DNA from: Clostridia bacterium
Lineage (GTDB): Bacteria; Bacillota; Clostridia; Christensenellales; UBA1242
Direction: 5' to 3'
Assembly: GCA_900767835.1 (NCBI GenBank)
Contig: CAAGAO010000030.1
Location: forward strand, 26,766-90,765
DNA length: 64,000 nt
Position numbers and translations under genes: made by a program. Shown here piece by piece: positions 28,086 to 35,444 of this stretch. Positions within the stretch are counted from its first letter, which is position 1. The number at the start of each line of letters is the position of its first letter. The notes below the pieces were generated by a model. The model was not told the origin of the DNA, searched no databases, and saw nothing but the letters and a program-made list of their open reading frames with translations.

Positions 28086-28541
28086 CTATTTATTTTTCTT
28101 TTTAGATTTTTTCTTTGGTTGTTGTTCTTCTTTTGGTTGTTCTTCGGCTATTTTTTCTTCTTTCTGCTCAGCATCTTCAACTTTTTCGTTTACAACTGGT
28201 TCTGTTTTTACTTCTTCTTTTACTGGAGTTTCCTCAACCTCTTTTTTAGGTTCGTCAGCAACAAGCGTTTTTTCATCTTTACCAGCAATATAGCGCATAT
28301 CTAACTCAACATCAACTTTGTTTGTGTTTCCTATCTCAAGCACACAAACCTTACCATAAGTTGTGTTGTAGATGCGTTTAATCTTACCATAAATTCCTAT
28401 ATGTGTAATAACCTTATCACCAACTTGAAAAGAATTCAAAAGTTCCAAACTTTGTTTCTCTTGTTTCTTTTGTCGCCCCATCAGAACAACATACATTACA
28501 ACAAGCACGCCTAGAACAATTACCCAATAATACCATGCCAT
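28086..28541 (-). CDS. yajC: Preprotein translocase subunit YajC with a long acidic/lysine-rich C-terminal extension
   Basis: N-terminal TM followed by RQKKQEKQ...L..GDKVITHIGIYGKI, which is the YajC signature. AAGGAG RBS. Confidence 0.75.
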   Translation of the reverse strand: MAWYYWVIVLGVLVVMYVVLMGRQKKQEKQSLELLNSFQVGDKVITHIGIYGKIKRIYNTTYGKVCVLEIGNTNKVDVELDMRYIAGKDEKTLVADEPKKEVEETPVKEEVKTEPVVNEKVEDAEQKEEKIAEEQPKEEQQPKKKSKKKNK

Positions 28542-28844
28542 AAAATTATCTCCTTAAATAAAGTATATGTAAGTGTAACATTTTATATCAAAATTAACAA
28601 ACAAAAAATTAAGTTTTATATATAATTTTTGTTGAAAAATAAAATAATTTATTTAAAATCAACACTTTGTCTAATTTTTATTTGCAAATATATTTTATTT
28701 TGTTTAAAATTACTATATTGTAATTTAAAATGAATAAAGATTTTAAAATCTCTTTTTATAAGTGTTAATCAATCTTCATTCAACATATAAAAATTAATAT
28801 TAAAAAAATAATTAAATTTAAATATAAAGGAATATAATACCATA

Positions 28845-29915
28845 ATGAAAAAATATAAATGCTTATTACTTGTATTACTTTTAACCGTTTGCCTACTTTT
28901 TTCTGGATGTAACAAAGTTGGCACCGTTGGTTTTGCCCAAAATTCAGACGGAACAATTACAGAATTTTATATTATACCATATGCCGAACAAGAAATGATA
29001 AATTATGGTCTAACTGAAGAAGAGAGCAAAAAGATTAAAAAACAAGCACAACAGCAGTTGGACACCACTTTTGCAGGCTATGTTGAGAATTATAAAGTAA
29101 GAATTGACGCAAACGAGAAATATTCAGAGTCTCAAAAAAAATATTTGAAAGAAGGCATAACCATTAGCAATTCTTTTATAAATAAAACCGAACAAAACTT
29201 TACATTTAATCTAGGCGATGGCTCTGCCACTCCTAATGACTATATTACTTATATCCGTTACGAACTATATTTTAAAGACTCAACTTGCTATAAAGAATTT
29301 AAAAATGCTAATGATATTTTAAGCGAAGAAAAAGTAATAGTTGAAGAAAATCACTTTTTCACAACTACAACAAAGGTTATAAAAGACCCAATCTTCGATA
29401 AAATTAAAGACGAAACAATAACCTTAAGCAATTATCTTGTTGGAGCAATAAAAGGTATAATTTTAAATGTAATGGCTGGAGAAAACCCAACCCAAGAAAC
29501 TCTTGAGGCAACCAACAACCGCTGGAGTATAATAAGCAACGGCATTAATTTTGATGAAGCAAGCAAATACTTTACTTATTGTTACATTGTCCCATCAGCA
29601 CGAATCAAAAGCAACGCTCAACAAGTCGTTTATCAAGATGGTTATTATTGGCATATGTGGCAAATAAAATCAGGCAACTCAAGCGAAGGTGGAGCAAATA
29701 TTACTTTTGAATATTGGACAGTAACCGCAAATAAATATGTTTGGTACTGCTTTGCAGTTTTAGGTGCAGTAGTAGTAATGCTTATAGTTTACTTAAAATC
29801 AAGAAAACAAGAAAAACAAGAAATTGAAAATTTAACCAAAGATGATAAAATCAACACCGATAAAACAAATGACGACAATTCAAACATTATCAATATAGAC
29901 CCAACAAAATTATAA
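28845..29915 (+). CDS. Lipoprotein with an additional C-terminal TM anchor, unknown function
   Basis: Lipobox LLFSGC at residues 17-22. The C-terminal hydrophobic helix WYCFAVLGAVVVMLIVYL is followed by a charged tail. Confidence 0.6.
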   Translation: MKKYKCLLLVLLLTVCLLFSGCNKVGTVGFAQNSDGTITEFYIIPYAEQEMINYGLTEEESKKIKKQAQQQLDTTFAGYVENYKVRIDANEKYSESQKKYLKEGITISNSFINKTEQNFTFNLGDGSATPNDYITYIRYELYFKDSTCYKEFKNANDILSEEKVIVEENHFFTTTTKVIKDPIFDKIKDETITLSNYLVGAIKGIILNVMAGENPTQETLEATNNRWSIISNGINFDEASKYFTYCYIVPSARIKSNAQQVVYQDGYYWHMWQIKSGNSSEGGANITFEYWTVTANKYVWYCFAVLGAVVVMLIVYLKSRKQEKQEIENLTKDDKINTDKTNDDNSNIINIDPTKL

Positions 29916-30200
29916 TGTTAAACAAAATTCATTATAGTAAATTTAAATGATTATAATAATAAATTAATCACTATTATAATATATATTAATCACACAACAA
30001 AAGTACTATACTTAATTTTTACTGTATAGAACAATAAAGCACAATATTTTGTTTGTGTTACTCCAAAGAAAACATTTGTTTTGTGTTATCAATTTGTTAA
30101 AAACTCATATTTTTTGTTTACATTTTCTTTATAACATAAAAAATATGCCCTGATTCAATAGGACATATTTTTTTAATATACAAACTTTATTTTAAATAAA

Positions 30201-30569
30201 TTACTTAAGTTCTACTGTAGCGCCAGCTTCTTTAAGTTTAGTTTCCATTTCTTTAGCTTGTTCAGTTGGAACATTTTCTTTAATGTTTGATGGAGCACCA
30301 TCAACCAAAGCTTTAGCTTCTGAAAGTCCAAGACCAGTAATTTCTCTAACTGCTTTAATAACTGCAATTTTGTTTGCTCCAACTTCTTTTAAAGCAACTG
30401 TAAATTCAGTTTTTTCTTCTGCAGCGGCAGCACCTGCTCCAGCTGCTGGGCCAGCAACTACTGCAGCAGCAGCGCTAACGCCAAATTCTTCTTCTAACAT
30501 TTTAACAAGTTCATTGATTTCAACAACTGTTTTTGTTTTGATTTCTTCAACAATATCTTTTAATTCCAT
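30201..30569 (-). CDS. rplL: 50S ribosomal protein L7/L12
   Basis: An Ala-rich hinge ([21 protein letters not shown]) and the C-terminal motif [13 protein letters not shown] are present. Confidence 0.95.
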   Translation of the reverse strand: MELKDIVEEIKTKTVVEINELVKMLEEEFGVSAAAAVVAGPAAGAGAAAAEEKTEFTVALKEVGANKIAVIKAVREITGLGLSEAKALVDGAPSNIKENVPTEQAKEMETKLKEAGATVELK

Positions 30570-30679
30570 TGTAATATTTCTCCTTAATTTTTATTTTAAA
30601 GCATTTATGCTTTTTTATTATCGCCAATGCGATTAATTTGTCTTAAATTGCGATTTGTAATATAATTTAAACTTTTAAA

Positions 30680-31171
30680 TTATGCCTCTTTCTTTTCTGC
30701 AATTGCATTAAGAGCAATAGCAACACTGCGAACTGGGCTTTGTAATAAGTATAAAAGTTTTGAAATAAGCACTTCTTTTGATGGGATTTTTGCAAGTGTT
30801 TCAACCATTTTGGCATCAACTCTAGCACCGTTTAAAATACCACCTTTAATTTGCATTTTTTTAGTTTTGTCTGCTGTGTCTACTAAAATTTTAGGGGCAG
30901 AAACTTCATCATGCATACCGAATGCAACGGCGGTTGTTCCTTCTAAAATATCAGCATAGCCAGTCATACCTAATTCTTCTAATGCTTTTAAAAGTAATCT
31001 GTTTTTATATACTTTGTACTCAACACCTGCTTTTCTTAAATCAGCACGCATTTTAGTATCTTCTTCAACAGTTAAACCTCTGTAATCCACAAAAGTAAGT
31101 GATACGGCTTTGTTGATTTTTTCTTTAATTTCTTCAACAAGAACTTTTTTTGCTTCTAAATTAGCACTCAC
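30680..31171 (-). CDS. rplJ: 50S ribosomal protein L10
   Basis: Typical L10 sequence (..VDYRGLTVEE...LR..LR..G...KV.KN). GTG start with an AAGGAG RBS. It lies directly upstream of rplL. Confidence 0.9.
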   Translation of the reverse strand: MSANLEAKKVLVEEIKEKINKAVSLTFVDYRGLTVEEDTKMRADLRKAGVEYKVYKNRLLLKALEELGMTGYADILEGTTAVAFGMHDEVSAPKILVDTADKTKKMQIKGGILNGARVDAKMVETLAKIPSKEVLISKLLYLLQSPVRSVAIALNAIAEKKEA

Positions 31172-31184
31172 TATTTTTGTCTCC

Positions 31185-31335
31185 TTTTAATTTTAAGTTT
31201 GTATATTTGTAAAAAACAAAAGCCTTTTGTAGCCGAGAAAGTTACAAAAGGCTTGAAAAGACCATTTATATAAACTTAACCTCGGCAAGCACAAATTGTT
31301 TACGGATTAACTCCACTTGCTGTCTTTGGAAAAGG
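31185..31335 (-). promoter_or_regulatory. L10-leader-like autoregulatory 5' UTR with a terminator hairpin
   Basis: On the minus strand a structured region is followed by the stem agccttttgta/tacaaaaggct plus a U-run (31221-31253), immediately upstream of rplJ. This layout matches the Firmicute L10 leader attenuator. No covariance-model check was possible. Confidence 0.5.
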
Positions 31336-31410
31336 ACATTTATTAATTTACTGAAATAATAATATCACTCTTAATTATGATTGTCAAGCATTTTTCAAAT
31401 ATTTTCTATT

Positions 31411-31478
31411 AAGGAGCGAGAGATAGTGACTTTATGCTTGCATAAAAAGGCACTAGAAATCGCGACGCCAATATATAT
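31411..31478 (-). repeat. Dispersed repeat family, copy B (right-half homologue of copy A)
   Basis: The reverse complement tatatatattggcgtcgcgatttctagtgcc..aagtcactatctctcgctcc aligns with 4275-4340. Confidence 0.55.
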
Positions 31479-31701
31479 AAAATATATATTAAAGCCCGAA
31501 CATTAATTTAATTATAAAATAAATCTTGTTTTTAAACTATACTAATAATACTAAAATCATTTTTATCCAAGTCCAATAAAATAGACTCGCATCAACTATT
31601 TTTAAAGTGGGCAAAAAAGTACACAACAAAAATTTTAAAAATTATTTGTAAAATAAATACTATTATGTTAAAATAATTATAAATTTGAATGGGGGAAATA
31701 T

Positions 31702-32082
31702 ATGGATATTGTTTCGATAGCAGAACAGCTTTCCAAAGTTGCAAAACTTAAAAAAGTTGACAACAACGAGTTTGAAATTGTAACTGACGCCAAGATTGAT
31801 GCAAAAACACCAATCAAAATCTTTTTACGCAAAACAGAAAATAGTGTAGTCATGTGCGACAAAAAGCACACATTAAAATATATGAACAATATATACGAAT
31901 TAAAATCTTTAGATGTAAAAGGTTGTATTGCTTCTGTAATTAGGATATATGGTTTTTCTATTGTTTCTGGAGAATTAATCTCAAACAACATTACATCAAA
32001 AAATGTTTTAGAATCTTTCTATAATTTCATTATTTGCGTAGGGCAACTTGCAAATATGTATGCATTCTTTGATAAACCATAA
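31702..32082 (+). CDS. Hypothetical cytoplasmic protein (126 aa)
   Basis: A GGGGG RBS lies 6 nt before the ATG. The overlapping minus-strand ORF 31677-31991 lacks an RBS. Confidence 0.55.
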   Translation: MDIVSIAEQLSKVAKLKKVDNNEFEIVTDAKIDAKTPIKIFLRKTENSVVMCDKKHTLKYMNNIYELKSLDVKGCIASVIRIYGFSIVSGELISNNITSKNVLESFYNFIICVGQLANMYAFFDKP

Positions 32083-32140
32083 TACAAGATAACACTTCTT
32101 TTAGTTTGTGTTATTACTATAGTTCCTAAACAAAGAATTT

Positions 32141-32171
32141 GCCACCTTATCTAAATTTAGGTGGCTTTTTT
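32141..32171 (+). terminator. Intrinsic terminator
   Basis: Stem gccacct/aggtggc followed by TTTTTT. Confidence 0.7.
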
Positions 32172-32235
32172 GATAAATCGCTAAGATAGAGAGATAAATA
32201 AATATGATATATGATATCCTATAGAGAATAAAATT

Positions 32236-32312
32236 TTTGTTTTTGTAATTTGCATTCACAAATCAATTTGCAAGCGTAAATCGGTTAAAATCAACGGTAT
32301 CTCATTATATAT
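32236..32312 (+). repeat. Dispersed repeat family, copy C (left-half homologue)
   Basis: ttgtaatttgcattcacaaatcaatttgcaagcgtaaatcgg...aacggtatctcattatatata aligns with 4210-4283. Confidence 0.55.
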
Positions 32313-32375
32313 AAATTATAAATAATAATATCAATGAGTTATTTATTTGTCTTTCGCAACAAGTTTAGTATCTGC

Positions 32376-32404
32376 TTGACATTAAAATACTAAAAGATTA
32401 AAAT
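32376..32404 (+). promoter_or_regulatory. metG promoter (TTGACA-17-TAAAAT) with a very short 5' UTR
   Basis: Read directly from the sequence. Only about 20 nt separate the -10 element from the GGAG RBS. Confidence 0.6.
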
Positions 32405-32428
32405 TAGATTAAATTTTTAGGAGAATTT

Positions 32429-34069
32429 ATGAAAAATATATTTATAGGTGGGGCTTGGCCATATGCCAATAATTCGCTCCATATCGGACATTTAGCAGCA
32501 TTACTTCCTGGTGATGTACTTGCTAGATTTTTTAGAAAAAACGGAGATAATGTTATATATGTTTCCGGTTCAGACTGCCATGGCACTCCAATTACAGTTA
32601 GAGCAAACAAGTTGGGTGTAAGTGGTCAAGAAATTGCCGGATATTACGATAACGAATTTAGACAAAACTTTAAAGATTTAGAATTTAGTTACGATTTATA
32701 CACCAACACAATGACCGAATATCACGCAAATGTAGTTAAAGAAAATTTAAAAAAGATTGCAGAAAAGGGGTATTTTTACACAAAAACCGAAAAAGAGGAC
32801 TATTGTGAGCATTGTGGCAAATTTGTTTCCGATAGAGAAATTAAAGGAATTTGTCCAATTTGCGGAGCAGAAGCCGATGGTGACCAGTGCGATAAATGTT
32901 TAACAGCACTCACACCAGATATGTTAAAAGACAAAACTTGCAAACTTTGTGGCACTAAAACAACACTAAAAGATAACACTCACCTTTATTTCAAATTATC
33001 ATCTTGCCAAAAGGCAGTTGAAGAATTATTTGAAAAATACAAAAAATACTGGCGTCCAACCGCTGTAAACGAAACCGCAAAATATTTAAAAGAAGGTCTG
33101 CGGGATAGAGCAATTACTCGCAGTTTAAACTGGGGGGTTGAACTCCCATTCGCTGGTTTTGAAGATAAACGCGTTTATGTTTGGATAGAAGCCGTAATGG
33201 GTTACTTGTCAGCAGGCGAGCAAGCATCAAAAGCAAAAGGTATGAATTTTGAAGAATTTATGCACGACAAAAACACAACATCATATTATGTTCATGGCAA
33301 AGACAACATTGTTTTCCATACAATAATCTTGCCAGCACTACTTGGCGTTATTGATGATAAACTTTCTATGCCAGAACGCATAATTTCTTGCGAATATGTC
33401 AATATGAATGGCGATAAAATGAGTAAAAGCAAAGGTAATTTAATCACTGTAAACACTCTTCTTGCTAATTTTGACCCGGACTCTATAAGATACAATTTCT
33501 GCCTAAATAATCCAGAACGCAGAGATACAAACTTTGACCTAAATGATTATGTTTCTATTCACAACAAACATTTAGTTGGTGGATATGGCAACTTTGTCAA
33601 TAGAAATTTATCTTTCCTTGCAAAGAAATTTGAAGGCAAATTACCTCAACTTGATTTAGATGCAGATGTTAAAAATACTGTTGAAGAAACATACAAAACA
33701 ATAAAAGAATTATTTAAAAATGGCGAAATAAAAGAAGCAACCACAAGACTATACGATTATGTCCAATATGCAAATAAATATTACGACACCAATGAACCTT
33801 GGGTACTTGCGAAAACCGATATGGAAAAATTTAATAAGGTTACATCAAACTGCTTATATTTAATAGCAAATATGGCTAACCTATATGAGCCAATTATGCC
33901 AAAACGCGCGCAAATGTTAAGTGAACTTTTAGGAATAGATTTATCTAAGTACGAACCGGTAACCTATGATTCAACAAAAATAATAACCAATGTTCCACTT
34001 TTGTTCCAAAGATTAGACCTAGAACAAATAGATATGACCAAAGGCATAACCAATCCGTTTAATGCGTAA
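32429..34069 (+). CDS. metG: Methionyl-tRNA synthetase (short form with Zn knuckles, no C-terminal EMAPII/Trbp domain)
   Basis: HIGH-type motif (LHIGHL), KMSKS, and CxxC...CxxC knuckles (CEHCGK, CPICGA, CDKC, CKLCG). Confidence 0.95.
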   Translation: MKNIFIGGAWPYANNSLHIGHLAALLPGDVLARFFRKNGDNVIYVSGSDCHGTPITVRANKLGVSGQEIAGYYDNEFRQNFKDLEFSYDLYTNTMTEYHANVVKENLKKIAEKGYFYTKTEKEDYCEHCGKFVSDREIKGICPICGAEADGDQCDKCLTALTPDMLKDKTCKLCGTKTTLKDNTHLYFKLSSCQKAVEELFEKYKKYWRPTAVNETAKYLKEGLRDRAITRSLNWGVELPFAGFEDKRVYVWIEAVMGYLSAGEQASKAKGMNFEEFMHDKNTTSYYVHGKDNIVFHTIILPALLGVIDDKLSMPERIISCEYVNMNGDKMSKSKGNLITVNTLLANFDPDSIRYNFCLNNPERRDTNFDLNDYVSIHNKHLVGGYGNFVNRNLSFLAKKFEGKLPQLDLDADVKNTVEETYKTIKELFKNGEIKEATTRLYDYVQYANKYYDTNEPWVLAKTDMEKFNKVTSNCLYLIANMANLYEPIMPKRAQMLSELLGIDLSKYEPVTYDSTKIITNVPLLFQRLDLEQIDMTKGITNPFNA

Positions 34070-34160
34070 AATATTTTAATTTGTAAAAATATTTTAATAA
34101 AAGTTAAAAACATTTACTATAAAAAGGTTAATTAAAAAAATAACTAACAAGGTCTATCAA

Positions 34161-34181
34161 TTTTGAAACTAGTGAAATAAT
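34161..34181 (+). repeat. Left copy of a 21-bp inverted repeat (ttttgaaactagtgaaataat)
   Basis: It matches the reverse complement of 35005-35025 at 20 of 21 positions. Confidence 0.7.
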
Positions 34182-34265
34182 AGAAAATGTTAAATATTTT
34201 TTAAATTGTATATTGCAATATTTTTGATAATTTGCTAATATATTTGTTATATTAGGGAGGAAAAT

Positions 34266-34601
34266 ATGCTAGGGAAAAAATTAACTGAAGAAAAATACAA
34301 AGAACTTGTAAAAGGAACTATATTAAGTTCTATGACTTTGAGCGAAATTGTTGATATTGCAACTAATCTTGATAAATTTTGGGAATTTGCAGGAACATAT
34401 TATAACTTAGGTGCAGAATCTCCGATAATAATTATTGATAGAGAACAATCAGTTGGTGGTTACAATAATAGCGAACTGACTTTATCAACAATGAGAGGCT
34501 CTGTCGTTTCTAATGATAGAAACTTTCAATCATTAGTTAATGAAGCCATTACTGTAAAATTGGAAAAGTCTGAAAATAATGAAGATACTTTAAGTAAATA
34601 A
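34266..34601 (+). CDS. Hypothetical protein (111 aa)
   Basis: A GGGAGG RBS lies 6 nt before the ATG. No motif was recognised. Confidence 0.55.
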   Translation: MLGKKLTEEKYKELVKGTILSSMTLSEIVDIATNLDKFWEFAGTYYNLGAESPIIIIDREQSVGGYNNSELTLSTMRGSVVSNDRNFQSLVNEAITVKLEKSENNEDTLSK

Positions 34602-34734
34602 TTCGCAAGACATTCAAATTGAATTTTAAGTATTTTTTATAAAATGGCACTTAGACATGTGCTTGTTTCTATACAAGTGTTCTCGCTTCGCTCGAACAGA
34701 CAAGCACACGCCTAAAAAATAAATTAAAGCAGAC

Positions 34735-34777
34735 AAAAAGCGAAAGTGTTGGTGAACGTAACACACTTTCGCTTTTT
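34735..34777. terminator. Strong bidirectional terminator hairpin
   Basis: 10-bp stem gcgaaagtgt/acactttcgc, with AAAAA before it and TTTTT after it. Confidence 0.7.
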
Positions 34778-34805
34778 GCTGTTATATGTTATGGCTAATT
34801 TATTC

Positions 34806-34962
34806 CATGGTGCACTTGACAAAAGTCTCTGAAATTAGTTTTCTTTTTGCTGGTTAAGACAGAGAAACAATATTTATGCTTATGGCTTTGCCTTTTCGTT
34901 TCTCTGCCTTTTGATATTGTGTTTTCATTTCTTCTCTTGTCAAGTACCTTTCACGGCATAAA
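34806..34962. other. Highly structured non-coding segment (candidate small RNA or regulatory element; strand unresolved)
   Basis: Nested complementarity is present: acttgacaa (34814-22) with ttgtcaagt (34937-45), and gacagagaaac (34858-68) with gtttctctgcc (34898-908). An alternative partner tctctg lies at 34826-31. No ORF is present. Confidence 0.3.
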
Positions 34963-35004
34963 GTAGCCAATAAAAAAGAGAACTAGATTTTTCTAATTCT
35001 CTTA

Positions 35005-35025
35005 ATTATTACACTAGTTTCAAAA
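35005..35025 (-). repeat. Right copy of the 21-bp inverted repeat
   Basis: The reverse complement ttttgaaactagtgtaataat compares with ttttgaaactagtgaaataat at 34161-34181. Confidence 0.7.
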
Positions 35026-35100
35026 GTTAGTGACTAACAAAAACTTTTTTATTAATTATAAAGAAGAATTAAAAAATATTTTTCACCTTGCAAAAAAATA

Positions 35101-35129
35101 TTGACAAATTAAAATTATAGGCATATATT
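35101..35129 (+). promoter_or_regulatory. Promoter of the hisS leader (TTGACA-17-TATATT)
   Basis: A perfect -35 hexamer, 17-nt spacer and near-consensus -10 lie about 20 nt upstream of the leader ORF. Confidence 0.65.
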
Positions 35130-35149
35130 AAAAATATAAAGGAATAATT

Positions 35150-35188
35150 ATGAAAAAAATTAACTTTTTACATCATCATATCAACTAA
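35150..35188 (+). CDS. His-rich leader peptide MKKINFLHHHIN (12 codons plus stop)
   Basis: atg aaa aaa att aac ttt tta CAT CAT CAT atc aac taa. A weak AAGGA RBS lies 7 nt upstream. It sits immediately upstream of the alternative hairpins and of hisS. Confidence 0.6.
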   Translation: MKKINFLHHHIN

Positions 35189-35215
35189 ATTGTCTGTTTT
35201 TAATCAGACAAGGTT

Positions 35216-35280
35216 TTGATATGCCTTGACTTAAAAAGTATTTTTAAAGCATCAACGGCATATCGTTGGTGCTTTTTTTG
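35216..35280 (+). promoter_or_regulatory. Attenuator: antiterminator/terminator switch upstream of hisS
   Basis: Terminator: gcatcaac (35249-56) pairs with gttggtgc (35265-72), followed by T7. Antiterminator: gatatgcc+ttga (35218-29) pairs with tcaa..ggcatatc (35252-64). Anti-antiterminator: catatcaa (35177-84, overlapping the last His codon) pairs with ttgatatg (35216-23). Confidence 0.6.
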
Positions 35281-35444
35281 TTAAATAAATTTGCAAAAAC
35301 ATTTATACTTATCTATCATTTTATAAAACAACATAAAAATAGAAAATATTTATCATTTTAATATAGAAATATTTTTGCATAATTAATACATTTTTAAGCA
35401 CCGATTTTTAGATATAAAAAATTAATAAAATAAAAGGGAAATAT

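Noticed and set aside
28051-28304. ORFs 28051-28293 and 28119-28304 (+)
   Set aside because: They are antisense to the E/K-rich tail of yajC and are a low-complexity artefact.
30283-30636. ORF 30283-30636 (+), Ala/Ser-rich
   Set aside because: It is antisense to rplL, whose identity is unambiguous.
31677-31991. ORF 31677-31991 (-)
   Set aside because: It overlaps the + strand 126-aa ORF. That ORF has a G-rich RBS at correct spacing and a downstream terminator, whereas the minus ORF has neither.
32172-32428. T-box or Met-codon leader upstream of metG; likewise a T-box upstream of hisS and leuS
   Set aside because: No T-box core (..GGGTGGTACCGCG-like) or specifier-loop layout was found by eye. 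The metG and leuS promoters sit too close to the start codons. The metG upstream region is occupied by a dispersed repeat copy instead.
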